Source: an uncultured virus (IMG/VR IMGVR_UViG_3300020451_000536) (lineage: Duplodnaviria; Heunggongvirae; Uroviricota; Caudoviricetes). From it: 64,000 bases of DNA. Positions within the stretch are counted from its first letter, which is position 1. Each line of letters starts with the position of its first letter. The stretch is taken from the IMG/VR virus record IMGVR_UViG_3300020451_000536, one strand, 5' to 3'. Shown piece after piece: positions 36,103 to 45,719 of this stretch. The position numbers and the translations under genes are program-made. Below the pieces are notes generated by a model. It searched no databases. It had not been told where the DNA came from and saw only the letters and a list, made by a program, of their open reading frames with translations.

Positions 36103-38018
36103 TATTGAATCTCACAAGAACCAGCAGAACAAGCAAGTTCTTGTGAACCTACTGTCATATCGGATTTTTCATACTCAGATAATTTATTCCAATCAACACT
36201 AGTAGGCATTTTATTCAACAAATGTTTATATTCTTTTTCATTACAATCTTGATAAGGTGCTTGTTTATATGTATGTTCACTATATGGTAGGAAACTCACT
36301 CCACTCATTAAGTCAAAGTTCTTATATACCCAAGCCCCAACATCAATCCATTCTTCTTCTTTAACAGAAATAGTTACAGAAGGTTTATGTTCACACCAAT
36401 GTACTTGATATGTTTTCCAAAGTTCTAGTTGTTCAATCGCAGTTAAATCTTGTCTGAATACTGCATCTGGACTACACTTTATTGGAAATGAAAACACAGT
36501 AGTATCATTTGGTTTCATAACATCATCTTCAGCAGGAAATCCCTCTTCAACCATCATCTTTGTAAGTGGGTCTTTCTTATCACCTCTTACAGTTCTAATA
36601 TAATAAGGATTGTGTCTAGCGTGAATACCACTTGCACTATCTACTAACTGTGAAACAGTACCAGAAGGTTTTACACAAGTGATTGCAGCTGATTGATTAA
36701 TCTTTAATTTTTCAGACCATTCTTTATTCGTATCTACTGACATTTTTTTTAAATTCTCTAGTAATACATCTAAACCAGGCAGTTTACCAGCAGTCCATTT
36801 ATTATCCATAATACCAGTAAGTGATACACCAAGTAATCTTTCTTCAATACAATTCTTTTTCCAATCTTTACTCACATATTTAAAATTAGTTAATGTTGAT
36901 TGAAATGTTCCAAGTATAGTTGCAAGTTTAACTTTTTCTAATAATGTATCTTCTGTATCATCTGTTCTTACAACAACTTCACTTAAATTGCACATTTCTC
37001 TACTTCGTAAAATTATCTCTGAACATGGATTCGTTCCGAAGTCATACCCAACATCTCTTCTTTCATTTTTCTCTGCAATCTTCTTTGCAGATTCTCTGTT
37101 AAATATACCTCTCTCACCAGACTTGGAATCATAAAGTGCTTTCCATTCGTCCATAAAAATACCTATATCTGGTTTCTCTGTGTAACACGCAGAGTTATTT
37201 GCAAGTGCTCTTTGTCCATTATCGTTCCACCATTGACCAGATTTTGCAACTCTCATTCTATCATCTGATAGATTAGACAAACTTATCAATGCACTTCGTC
37301 TAACACCACCAACAACCACAATCTCTGCCGTCTTACAAACAATATCGTGACATTCAATAGAACTTAATTTTCTTCCGTGTGCATTTTGAAATATTTCTGT
37401 TGTAAATTCAAATAATCTTCTTAAAGGTTCAGGCCCAGATGCACGACCACCAAAAGTTTTTAGTGGAGCACCAGCTGGTCTTACTTTACTTAAATCCCAT
37501 TTAGGTATTTGTCCGTGATATAACATTGCAACAAGTTCTTTAAATGCTTTTGCCCAACCCATTTTACTATCTTGAACAACAATAGTTGTATCACTAGGGT
37601 GAAACTCTTCTGCAACTGTTGGTAGATTACCAACGAACTGTCTTTCAACTGAGAAACCTACTCCAGTTCCGTTCATTAATACATATAGTATTTCGTCAAA
37701 TGCTTGTGGTCTATCAACTGCAACATAACTACAATTATAACCAGCAATATTTTCTCTTTTAAGTGCCTCACCAGCAGTCATTAAACATCTCATAGAAGGC
37801 ATAATTTTAAGATGTATTACTGCATCTTCCAACTCTTCTCTCAATGATTTATCTAAACTATATTTACAACTTTGTTTTAAATGTTCTTGAAAGAAATCAA
37901 AGTATCTTGTTACTGTTTCTCTCCAAGTTTCTCTTCTACCCTCTTTTGGTAGCCACCTTGAGTATCTTGAAAGGTGTATAAATTCTTGATATTTTGTTGG
38001 AAGTTTACCATTAAGCAT
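36102..38018 (-). CDS. nrdJ: class II (adenosylcobalamin-dependent) ribonucleotide reductase
   Basis: SRYSRW, MPSMR, YNCSY, GGVRRSALISL, GTNPCSEI, CVKPSGTVS, C-terminal ACSAGSCE. Confidence 0.92.
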   Translation of the reverse strand: MLNGKLPTKYQEFIHLSRYSRWLPKEGRRETWRETVTRYFDFFQEHLKQSCKYSLDKSLREELEDAVIHLKIMPSMRCLMTAGEALKRENIAGYNCSYVAVDRPQAFDEILYVLMNGTGVGFSVERQFVGNLPTVAEEFHPSDTTIVVQDSKMGWAKAFKELVAMLYHGQIPKWDLSKVRPAGAPLKTFGGRASGPEPLRRLFEFTTEIFQNAHGRKLSSIECHDIVCKTAEIVVVGGVRRSALISLSNLSDDRMRVAKSGQWWNDNGQRALANNSACYTEKPDIGIFMDEWKALYDSKSGERGIFNRESAKKIAEKNERRDVGYDFGTNPCSEIILRSREMCNLSEVVVRTDDTEDTLLEKVKLATILGTFQSTLTNFKYVSKDWKKNCIEERLLGVSLTGIMDNKWTAGKLPGLDVLLENLKKMSVDTNKEWSEKLKINQSAAITCVKPSGTVSQLVDSASGIHARHNPYYIRTVRGDKKDPLTKMMVEEGFPAEDDVMKPNDTTVFSFPIKCSPDAVFRQDLTAIEQLELWKTYQVHWCEHKPSVTISVKEEEWIDVGAWVYKNFDLMSGVSFLPYSEHTYKQAPYQDCNEKEYKHLLNKMPTSVDWNKLSEYEKSDMTVGSQELACSAGSCEIQ

Positions 38019-39018
38019 CTATTTTTCTCCATTCGTTAAATCGGACTTTTGCCTCTAGTCCTTTATATGTGTTATCGTCTATTAGTTTCTTTATGTCTTT
38101 TACTCCAGACACAACCATTTCATTGATGTCTTTCTGTTTTATTTGTTCTGGAAACAAACATACAGAAAAATCATCTTCTATAAAACTTCTAATTCTTTTT
38201 ACTATTTCCTTATTTCTTGGTTCATTATCTGGTATCAAAGTCACATTATCTTTCTTATCAATTCTTAAATCTGAATGTGCCGTTGCAACACAATTATCTA
38301 AGAATAAACTGTCAATCGGGCCTTCAACAACATAAACTTTCCTACCCCAGTTAATACTATCTAAACCATATAATTTCTTTTCATCACTCAATCTAATGGT
38401 CAAATACTTTGGTTCTTCTTTACCAAATGCACGACCTTGTAGTGCGAACATTTTATTACTCTTATCTAAAAAAGGTATCACAAATCTTGGGTGGTCACCT
38501 TTTAAAGATGGAAACTTGTTCGGTATGAAAGTATTAACCCACTCATAAAATCTGTTGCAGAAAAACAACTTGTAGTGAAAACGACTTTGAATATGTCTAT
38601 TTCTTACCCATTTAGTTACTGGGTGGTCTGGACTAAGTTGTGAAATTTTCTTGAGTTTTTTGAGTGGAGAATCCCCTTTTAGAAATACTGGTCTAGTTAA
38701 ATTCAAATCTTTTTTATTATCGTCTGATTGTATATATACATTCTTGTTTTTATAGATTTCAAATGTATATTCTTTGTGCAAATCACTATTTACAAATCTT
38801 AACAGACTACCAAAGTCAGTAGATTTCTCACAATTATGACATTTATAAACATAAAATGTCTTATTGAGTATTAGATAACCTCTGGCTTTAGTTTTAGACT
38901 TTTCTGAATCACCACAGTATGGACATCTGAAATTGTATAAATTACCAGATTTCTTTTTAAACTGTGATAACTTTGAAGATAAAAGACCAATATATTTTGT
39001 ATCAACAAAAGTGTTCAT
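38011..39018 (-). CDS. gp61: DNA primase gp61
   Basis: NFRCPYCGDS, CHNC zinc finger, EGPIDSLF, DNEPRN, KDINEM TOPRIM motifs. Confidence 0.95.
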   Translation of the reverse strand: MNTFVDTKYIGLLSSKLSQFKKKSGNLYNFRCPYCGDSEKSKTKARGYLILNKTFYVYKCHNCEKSTDFGSLLRFVNSDLHKEYTFEIYKNKNVYIQSDDNKKDLNLTRPVFLKGDSPLKKLKKISQLSPDHPVTKWVRNRHIQSRFHYKLFFCNRFYEWVNTFIPNKFPSLKGDHPRFVIPFLDKSNKMFALQGRAFGKEEPKYLTIRLSDEKKLYGLDSINWGRKVYVVEGPIDSLFLDNCVATAHSDLRIDKKDNVTLIPDNEPRNKEIVKRIRSFIEDDFSVCLFPEQIKQKDINEMVVSGVKDIKKLIDDNTYKGLEAKVRFNEWRKIDA

Positions 39019-39057
39019 AGATAAACATTATATACCATAATTAAAAGATTGTCAATA

Positions 39058-39468
39058 CTATATTGCGAACATAATTACTTTATGAAGAATAAATCCAGCG
39101 ACTATTGAACCACCGATAATAATCCATCTCCACTTTTCTAATATACCTACCCTATTAGATAATTCTCTTTGAAGTTGATGGAATCTTTCAATATCATCTG
39201 AATTGTGTTTACTTATAAGTGTGACTATTTCTTTGTAATTTGATGTGACCCTTGAATGTAATTCTTGTATTTCTTTTTTTATTTCTTTTTCGTTTTTTAC
39301 TAATTCTTCTTCTTGTCTTGCAAGTTTTTCTTCGTGTACTGCAAGTATTTTATTAATACAGTTTGATACATCTGTAAGTTTAGTAATTGCAGTATCAAGG
39401 CGTGAGTGAATGTGTTTCATATCACTCACATCCTTTTTAAGAAGTTCTAGTTCGGTTTTGATAGTCAT
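39058..39468 (-). CDS. coiled-coil protein with C-terminal TM helix
   Basis: LAVHEEKL, LHSR, LEKWRW..IG motifs typical of T4-like marine phage protein; late promoter 39474-39481. Confidence 0.65.
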   Translation of the reverse strand: MTIKTELELLKKDVSDMKHIHSRLDTAITKLTDVSNCINKILAVHEEKLARQEEELVKNEKEIKKEIQELHSRVTSNYKEIVTLISKHNSDDIERFHQLQRELSNRVGILEKWRWIIIGGSIVAGFILHKVIMFAI

Positions 39469-39539
39469 ACTTATATTTATAAGTCTTCAAAAATTTGACA
39501 ACTAACATAATTTGACTAAACAAACAGTCAAACAAATGA

Positions 39540-39725
39540 CTACCATTCAGACTTAACTATTGTCCAAATTCCATATGCAATAGCGATGTATGCAGCCCAA
39601 GTTACTAGACCTTGAAATAATAATCCAACAAGACCTACACCGATTAACATCGCACCGTCCCAAGATGTTCTCTCTTGAACTCTATCAGTAATCCATTCTT
39701 TAGCGTTTTGAATCCACTCTATCAT
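39540..39725 (-). CDS. small two-TM membrane protein (holin candidate)
   Basis: ERTSWDG motif and two hydrophobic helices; in lysis neighbourhood. Confidence 0.55.
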   Translation of the reverse strand: MIEWIQNAKEWITDRVQERTSWDGAMLIGVGLVGLLFQGLVTWAAYIAIAYGIWTIVKSEW

Positions 39726-39726
39726 C

Positions 39727-40320
39727 TTATTCTCCTATTTGTAAATTTCTTTTTCTATGTTTATTCCAAGCAAACCAACCACCTAATCTAAGTGCCCAGT
39801 ACGCAAGATAGTTTAGAAAATAGAAACCATTTATTTCTATATTGATATCTCTGAAAATTTTATCTGCCTGTTTTTGGTCAACCACCAACAACGAACTTTG
39901 TTGTAAGGCAGGTTTCAGAGCTGCATATTTATAAGCATAATCGTGGATTAAACCACCTAAAAGTAATACCCCAACTGGTGATAAAAAAGTTGCTAAAAAC
40001 TTAGGTACACTTGCACCATCAAAAGAAAAATCTTTTGGTATTACATATTTAACACCATTTAGTTCGTAATGAAAATCTTTTGAAATTTTCCATCTTCTTC
40101 TACCTAATAACCACATTAATATTGCACCCCAAAAACCTTTATCTCTAGTTGCGATTCTAATCGGTTTCATATGAGGGTACTCATCGTATTTAAAATTGAC
40201 TCTCCACTTATTGATTTGTTTTCTGTCTATAATGTTTATTGTCCAACCAATGATTATTAATATGATTACAACTGTCCACTGCCAGAACTGTTCTGCAAGT
40301 GATAATATCATTTCCATCAT
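39727..40320 (-). CDS. DUF1353 family protein
   Basis: IPKDFSFDGASVP, HDYAY, AD.IF motifs. Confidence 0.8.
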   Translation of the reverse strand: MMEMILSLAEQFWQWTVVIILIIIGWTINIIDRKQINKWRVNFKYDEYPHMKPIRIATRDKGFWGAILMWLLGRRRWKISKDFHYELNGVKYVIPKDFSFDGASVPKFLATFLSPVGVLLLGGLIHDYAYKYAALKPALQQSSLLVVDQKQADKIFRDINIEINGFYFLNYLAYWALRLGGWFAWNKHRKRNLQIGE

Positions 40321-40691
40321 TTTTTTTCCTTTGGTTCGTAGTATTCTTTATACGATTTAATTATCTCTGATTTAGTTTTAAGATTGTGTCTTATTTGTGC
40401 AAAATTCTTTGCAATAAGTTGATAGTCATTATCTGTAAGACCAAATAAAACTGGGTCAATACCTTCTTCTTCTAGTTTCTTAAATACTTCTTCTGCATTT
40501 TCTGATGTAATAACAATCCACTTTATAGATTCTAGTTTACCTAAAACAGGCTCCTCTAAACCAAGGGGTTCTCTTTCAACTGGTGTGAAAAAGGTTTCTA
40601 TCTTCTTGATACTAGAACAACTAGTAAGGAATATAATTAGGGTTAGCGATAGAAGGACATTCCCTATTGATTTCACTTTTCTTTGTTGCAT
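40317..40691 (-). CDS. outer-membrane spanin (lipoprotein)
   Basis: lipobox FLTS-C; overlaps upstream i-spanin. Confidence 0.7.
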   Translation of the reverse strand: MQQRKVKSIGNVLLSLTLIIFLTSCSSIKKIETFFTPVEREPLGLEEPVLGKLESIKWIVITSENAEEVFKKLEEEGIDPVLFGLTDNDYQLIAKNFAQIRHNLKTKSEIIKSYKEYYEPKEKK

Positions 40692-41094
40692 TTAATTCTT
40701 TCTCTGTTAGTGGTGAACCAGACGATATTTCTACACATCTAAGTGCAGCTGCACTCGCCTTATTAATTATTCTTTGTATTACTTTATCTTTTGCGATTGC
40801 AGTTTTACCTATATCTCTATTACCTTTAGTGAATCTTTTGTCTAAATCGTTTAATTCTTTTTGCAGATTATTTGATAATGTTGTGAGTTTTTGATTTGTT
40901 TCTAATATTGTTTTGAAATCTTCTTTTTGTTGTGCAATAACTTGTTGTTGAGATTCTACACTTTTTTCTAATACCATATTGTTTGCTTTGAGTACAGCGT
41001 TATCTGCACGAAGTTTGAATACATAAGTCAACGCACCACCTATACCTATAATCATCACTAAAGTGATTGCCATTTTTGCATAACCAAATATCAT
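40621..41094 (-). CDS. inner-membrane spanin
   Basis: N-terminal TM, long coiled coil, two C-terminal Cys. Confidence 0.7.
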   Translation of the reverse strand: MIFGYAKMAITLVMIIGIGGALTYVFKLRADNAVLKANNMVLEKSVESQQQVIAQQKEDFKTILETNQKLTTLSNNLQKELNDLDKRFTKGNRDIGKTAIAKDKVIQRIINKASAAALRCVEISSGSPLTEKELNATKKSEINRECPSIANPNYIPY

Positions 41095-41778
41095 TTACTT
41101 AAAATCTTTCTCTGACACTCTACGAATTAATTTTAAAAAGTTTCTATGTTGACTATTTGGTATGTCTAATACACCATTATTAGTTATAATAGACATCTTC
41201 TTACCACCAAAAGGGTCTTCATCAAATACGATTCTAATACCACCACTCATATATCTTTCATCTAGTTCAAATTCTTCTTTAACTTTCATTCCCATTTTTT
41301 TTCGTAATGCATCTATTTCTTTTTTAATTGCATTTTGTTTAGGTGAACCACCAAGAGTGCTTAATGCTTTATTTGTTAATTTAAGAAGTTGTAATCTTTG
41401 TTCTGGTGTTCCCTTTCCACCAAAAAACTTATCACTGTCATATTTTTCATCTACAAAATCTTCTCTTCTGATTTTTCCAAGTTTGTTTATATCAGATGCT
41501 TTATAATTGTGTTTTAACATAAGTCTTGACATTGCCATCATACTGACGAAAGGTATATCTGCTTTATATAATTGAATTAAACCATCTTTATTTGAATCAA
41601 TCTTATCAAATACTTTCATTAAAGGTGTTGGATTAATCTTTTTACCTTTTAATGGTTCATATGTTTTTTTAAGTTTGTTAATCATATCATTACTAAACTT
41701 AGCTGCATTTAAATCAGCCATAGGTTTAGAAGTTAAATCTGCATAAGGAAAGTTGTAATATTCTTTGAACTTTTTCAT
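41095..41778 (-). CDS. putative virion internal protein (modular)
   Basis: MKKFKEY leader; internal EDFVDE and EEFELDE linkers. Confidence 0.55.
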   Translation of the reverse strand: MKKFKEYYNFPYADLTSKPMADLNAAKFSNDMINKLKKTYEPLKGKKINPTPLMKVFDKIDSNKDGLIQLYKADIPFVSMMAMSRLMLKHNYKASDINKLGKIRREDFVDEKYDSDKFFGGKGTPEQRLQLLKLTNKALSTLGGSPKQNAIKKEIDALRKKMGMKVKEEFELDERYMSGGIRIVFDEDPFGGKKMSIITNNGVLDIPNSQHRNFLKLIRRVSEKDFK

Positions 41779-41784
41779 CTTATC

Positions 41785-43386
41785 CTACGCAAACTTTACT
41801 TGTTTCATTGCAAACTTTTGTAATTTTAAAAAGTCAACAAGTGTTCCGTTCATCAATTTTTCTATTTTCTTTTTATTATCTGGTTTTACTGCATCATATA
41901 CTTTCATAATTGCACTTGCAGTAAATAAGTCAACAGTTGCCTGTTTGTCTTTAAACTTAACTTTTTGATTTTGTTTTTTCTTTACAATGTTTTGTAAAAC
42001 TTTTAAATTAGTTTCTACAAGTTCGTGTTCGTTTCCAAAGTCATTTACTTTTTCCATTATTTTTCCAACAAAATCATTTGACCTAAACACATCTTCTTTT
42101 AATTGTTTGTTTAACATTTTATCAATTTGTGGATTAGATGCACCTTTTTCTGTTGGACTACCCATAGATGATTTACCTAGAACAGACCTCATAAAATCAT
42201 TGACTTGTTTCTGTGAACCTTTTACTCTAACTTGATTACCCATCATTGCAGATTTTAATCCTAATCCTTTAGCGTTTTTTGCAATCTTCATTGCCATTTG
42301 ATTTGGATTATCACCTTTTACATATAGATTTGCAACTGCCTCTTCAATGTCATCAAATTCAACATCTTCTTTTTGAAAAGTATAATTAAAATTATCTTTA
42401 CCTATTTCTTTTTCTATCTTTGACAATATACTTTTTTGGTCTTTCATAGATATAGGAGCCTTACCCCCATCTTTACCTATAAATAAAAATTTTCTAGAAA
42501 ATTTATCGTATTCAATTTTCTCTTTATCTAAAAGTTTCATCACTTTTTTTCTAAGAGTAGGCATAAGTGTTAGTGCAAAATGTTTTCCATAACCTTTAAA
42601 ATCTTCTTCAACACCTTCTTTTGAAACGATTTTAGGTTTGAATTTTCTCATAACTTCATTATGGTGTTTAGTCATATCGTCTTTACCAGCATCAACTCCT
42701 AAAGTACCATTGTTTATATCATCGTCCATAAATTCGTAATCAGGCCCTTGATTCTGTTTCATAAAATGTTTTTGTGCTTTCATTGCATCACTTCTATTTT
42801 TAAACTTATATTCTACATATTCAATCTTCTCGTTTATCATAGGTTCTTCGTTGACTGTTTCTTCTACCTTAATATTATATTTTTTAGCACTTTTTTTAAG
42901 ATAGTTCACTATGGATTGAGTTGACCTACTATCCATTTTTGCGTGTACTTTTATTTTATGTGAGTCTTTAGGGTCAGATTCAATACTTGCAATCTGTTGA
43001 GCACCCATACCACTTTTCTCTAAACTTCTTCCTTCATAATCTACTATATTACCTCGTTTAGTAAAGTTTTGTGCTCCAGTACCTTTGTTCGCCTGAACGA
43101 AATCATCTATAACTTTTTTATCTTTTGGTTTTAATACTTCATCAAGTTCAACTTCTTCTTTGTTAAGTTTTCTTGATTCTCTTTGTTTTAATATTCTTTC
43201 AACAAATTTCTTTGCAATAGATGTTCTACCATCATATAATTTTTTCTTTTTCTTTCTTACAACAACTGTTGGGTCATCACCAGTAGCTGCAACACCAGCA
43301 GTAGATGTTGTCGGTGCATCTTCTTTTACATCTTTCTCTGGGAATCCAGTGAAAGGGTCTACTCTTACATATTTTTTCTTATCCAT
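41785..43386 (-). CDS. putative virion internal polyprotein
   Basis: modules separated by acidic EEVELDE/VEETVNE/INE/IEE/LVE linkers; C-terminal VDLFTASAI..VYDAV module. Confidence 0.6.
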   Translation of the reverse strand: MDKKKYVRVDPFTGFPEKDVKEDAPTTSTAGVAATGDDPTVVVRKKKKKLYDGRTSIAKKFVERILKQRESRKLNKEEVELDEVLKPKDKKVIDDFVQANKGTGAQNFTKRGNIVDYEGRSLEKSGMGAQQIASIESDPKDSHKIKVHAKMDSRSTQSIVNYLKKSAKKYNIKVEETVNEEPMINEKIEYVEYKFKNRSDAMKAQKHFMKQNQGPDYEFMDDDINNGTLGVDAGKDDMTKHHNEVMRKFKPKIVSKEGVEEDFKGYGKHFALTLMPTLRKKVMKLLDKEKIEYDKFSRKFLFIGKDGGKAPISMKDQKSILSKIEKEIGKDNFNYTFQKEDVEFDDIEEAVANLYVKGDNPNQMAMKIAKNAKGLGLKSAMMGNQVRVKGSQKQVNDFMRSVLGKSSMGSPTEKGASNPQIDKMLNKQLKEDVFRSNDFVGKIMEKVNDFGNEHELVETNLKVLQNIVKKKQNQKVKFKDKQATVDLFTASAIMKVYDAVKPDNKKKIEKLMNGTLVDFLKLQKFAMKQVKFA

Positions 43387-44024
43387 TAAATTTCTCCTAG
43401 TGCATCTTCTACTGATACTGGTTCAATATCATCCATACTTACAAAAATTTTACTATTACTATTAGTATGTAGGACTGCAAAAACTGGAACTCCTAATACT
43501 GTATCAGAAGGTAATGTGTCTTCTAATGTTTCCACATCATCATCTTTTTTTAGTAAAGGTATATCTTCATCATCATCTTTTATAATATCGTTTGACAGTT
43601 TATAAACACCTTTTGGTAATTTACCGTCAACTAATTCTACTTCTTCAGTAATTGTATCATCTAATTTAATATTATTTTCTTTTATAAACTTTAAAAATTC
43701 TCTTTCAAACATTTTAGGGTCAACACTTTCTTTAAAAGTGTCTCTTAATAAAAAAAGTGCAGCTGCATAAGTTCCAACTTTAGAACCTAATCCAGGCACT
43801 TTTGCAAAAATTCTTTTAATGTTGAATACTAATTTGTGAAGAACTGTATATGCATTTCTCTCTTTTATCGTTGAGAGTTTTGTTGGTTGTGTTGTTCCAG
43901 GCACGACTTGTCGTATACCTTTATCATCAATAATACCAAGTTTAAATGCATCAGTTTTATTGAATGGTGTAACTAATAGTTTTATAAATCTATAAGTTAC
44001 AAATAAATCTATCGCAGTTCCCAT
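43386..44024 (-). CDS. conserved T4-like hypothetical protein
   Basis: YRFIKLL.TPF..TDAFKLGIID.KG, HKLVFNIKR, YAAALFLL motifs. Confidence 0.7.
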   Translation of the reverse strand: MGTAIDLFVTYRFIKLLVTPFNKTDAFKLGIIDDKGIRQVVPGTTQPTKLSTIKERNAYTVLHKLVFNIKRIFAKVPGLGSKVGTYAAALFLLRDTFKESVDPKMFEREFLKFIKENNIKLDDTITEEVELVDGKLPKGVYKLSNDIIKDDDEDIPLLKKDDDVETLEDTLPSDTVLGVPVFAVLHTNSNSKIFVSMDDIEPVSVEDALGEI

Positions 44025-44386
44025 TAAATATCCCTTAAAATACTTTCTACTTTTTCATCGTTCTTAATATCTTTTAACTCACCCTCTGGAAGTATATTTA
44101 ATAATTCCATAAATGGTTTGATATATTTCCATAACGAAGTTTCTAATTTAAATAACAATAATGTTGAACACGCATCTGCACCAAAGACATTATTTAAAAC
44201 GATTATGTGATTTAAAATCAATCGTTCTTTCAAAGGCCCATTGTCTTGATACTTTCTCAACAATCTTTTGATATATTTAAATCTCTTCATATCATCAAGA
44301 AATTCTTTTTCATTATCCCCTTGAGGATTATTATAATGTTTCATCGCATACATCATAACATTATCAGGCGTTATTTTCTCAAACAT
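44024..44386 (-). CDS. conserved T4-like hypothetical protein
   Basis: YAMKHY.NP, DMKRFKYIKRL, ERLILNHII...NVFG motifs. Confidence 0.75.
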   Translation of the reverse strand: MFEKITPDNVMMYAMKHYNNPQGDNEKEFLDDMKRFKYIKRLLRKYQDNGPLKERLILNHIIVLNNVFGADACSTLLLFKLETSLWKYIKPFMELLNILPEGELKDIKNDEKVESILRDI

Positions 44387-44817
44387 TATTTAATTTCGGC
44401 AGTTACCTTAAATTTTCCATTTTCTTTTTTTTCATAAACAAAGTTAATGGAACGACCACCTTCAACCCTATGTGAAATACCATCATCGTTAACAAACTCA
44501 TCGTGTGGAGTATCAATATCTTTACCAAATCTTCCACCAAATTGTGTAAGTGGTGCAGATATACTTCCAGAATCTTCTACTACATCAACATTTGGAAAAC
44601 TTAATCCAATACTTGCAAGTCTTCTTCTCACGACACCAATAGTTTGTTCTGGTAACATATGTTCCATTTCGGCAATACAACCTAGAAACGAGTTTAGTTT
44701 TCTAACAACACTATCATCAGATACATCAACCATATCGTGGTCAGAATCGTGTTGTGCATTAGAGTTCGCAGGCTTCGGCCCTCGTAGTTCAGTAATATAC
44801 TGTTTAAAATCTATCAT
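44386..44817 (-). CDS. hypothetical protein with capsid-targeting-like leader
   Basis: MIDFKQYITE N-terminus; QFGGRFGKD motif. Confidence 0.65.
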   Translation of the reverse strand: MIDFKQYITELRGPKPANSNAQHDSDHDMVDVSDDSVVRKLNSFLGCIAEMEHMLPEQTIGVVRRRLASIGLSFPNVDVVEDSGSISAPLTQFGGRFGKDIDTPHDEFVNDDGISHRVEGGRSINFVYEKKENGKFKVTAEIK

Positions 44818-44990
44818 TATGATTTCCCTAATTTACCTTTTTTCTTTGAACCATCAGCACGAGGAATTAAACCTCGTGCCTTTAGTCTTGCAAGAGCAGT
44901 GAAACCTATTTTTTCACCTCTCTTATATTTTTTCAACATAGTATCAAGATGGTCACCCATCTTTTTACTTTTCATCTTTAAGTCAGACAT
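44817..44990 (-). CDS. small basic protein
   Basis: start at MSDLK; GFT..A.LKA.GLIPRADG motif. Confidence 0.6.
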   Translation of the reverse strand: MSDLKMKSKKMGDHLDTMLKKYKRGEKIGFTALARLKARGLIPRADGSKKKGKLGKS

Positions 44991-45454
44991 TACTGAATGA
45001 CTGTTGCAATGTTTGTTGCAAAAGATGAAGTTGCAACTGCAGCCCAAGCAGTACCAGTATAAAGTAATTGTACTGATTCACCAGCTGCATCTAGTACAAC
45101 AGTAGTACCAGAACCAACTGTGGCGGCAGGAGTTACAGTGATGTTATTACCAGCAGTAGTACAAATGATTGTCTTTAACTGACCAGTTACACCAGCTGCA
45201 AGTGTTACAGTTACTGTACCACCAGATGAATCAACTGTTGAGATTGCAGTAGAAACTGAAACGGCAGTTGAAGTGTTAGTTAGTGCTTCTGAACTATTAG
45301 TTGCAACAAATGTTGGAATGTAGTTAAATACATTCGCAGCTGAAATTTTCTTATTGATAGGTGTACCAGTTGGGTCATCTACAATGTGAAATAAATCAGC
45401 AGATGCGATACCAGACCCTAAGTCTGTTAACGCTGTTATTTTCTTATCAGCCAT
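44990..45454 (-). CDS. putative virion structural (fibre/decoration) protein
   Basis: [11 protein letters not shown]-terminus typical of phage fibre modules; Thr/Ala/Ser-rich beta. Confidence 0.65.
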   Translation of the reverse strand: MADKKITALTDLGSGIASADLFHIVDDPTGTPINKKISAANVFNYIPTFVATNSSEALTNTSTAVSVSTAISTVDSSGGTVTVTLAAGVTGQLKTIICTTAGNNITVTPAATVGSGTTVVLDAAGESVQLLYTGTAWAAVATSSFATNIATVIQ

Positions 45455-45471
45455 ATTTTATCTCCTATGGT

Positions 45472-45696
45472 CTAAACCCCAGCAATAGTTTGGGGAATGT
45501 TACTGTCGGCATTGTTTCCGACATCAGTTTTTTCACCGAATTCATTACAAAGCGCTATGGCACCAGCGATAGAGAATTTAGTTTGTTTCAACGACTCTAC
45601 TTTTTTGAGTGCCTCTACAAGTTGATTCTCTACCTTTGATAATTCAACTTGTAATTCTTGTTTTCTCGTTTCAATATCTTTTAATTCCAAAGACAT
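45472..45696 (-). CDS. coiled-coil small protein
   Basis: heptad pattern, GAI motif; AGGAG RBS. Confidence 0.6.
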   Translation of the reverse strand: MSLELKDIETRKQELQVELSKVENQLVEALKKVESLKQTKFSIAGAIALCNEFGEKTDVGNNADSNIPQTIAGV

Positions 45697-45719
45697 AATA
45701 TACTCCTATAATTTAGATT

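Noticed and set aside
39486..39540. Pho box-like GTCA repeats
   Set aside because: Spacing lacks 11-nt periodicity and it is not upstream of phoH/plcP; no convincing Pho box found.
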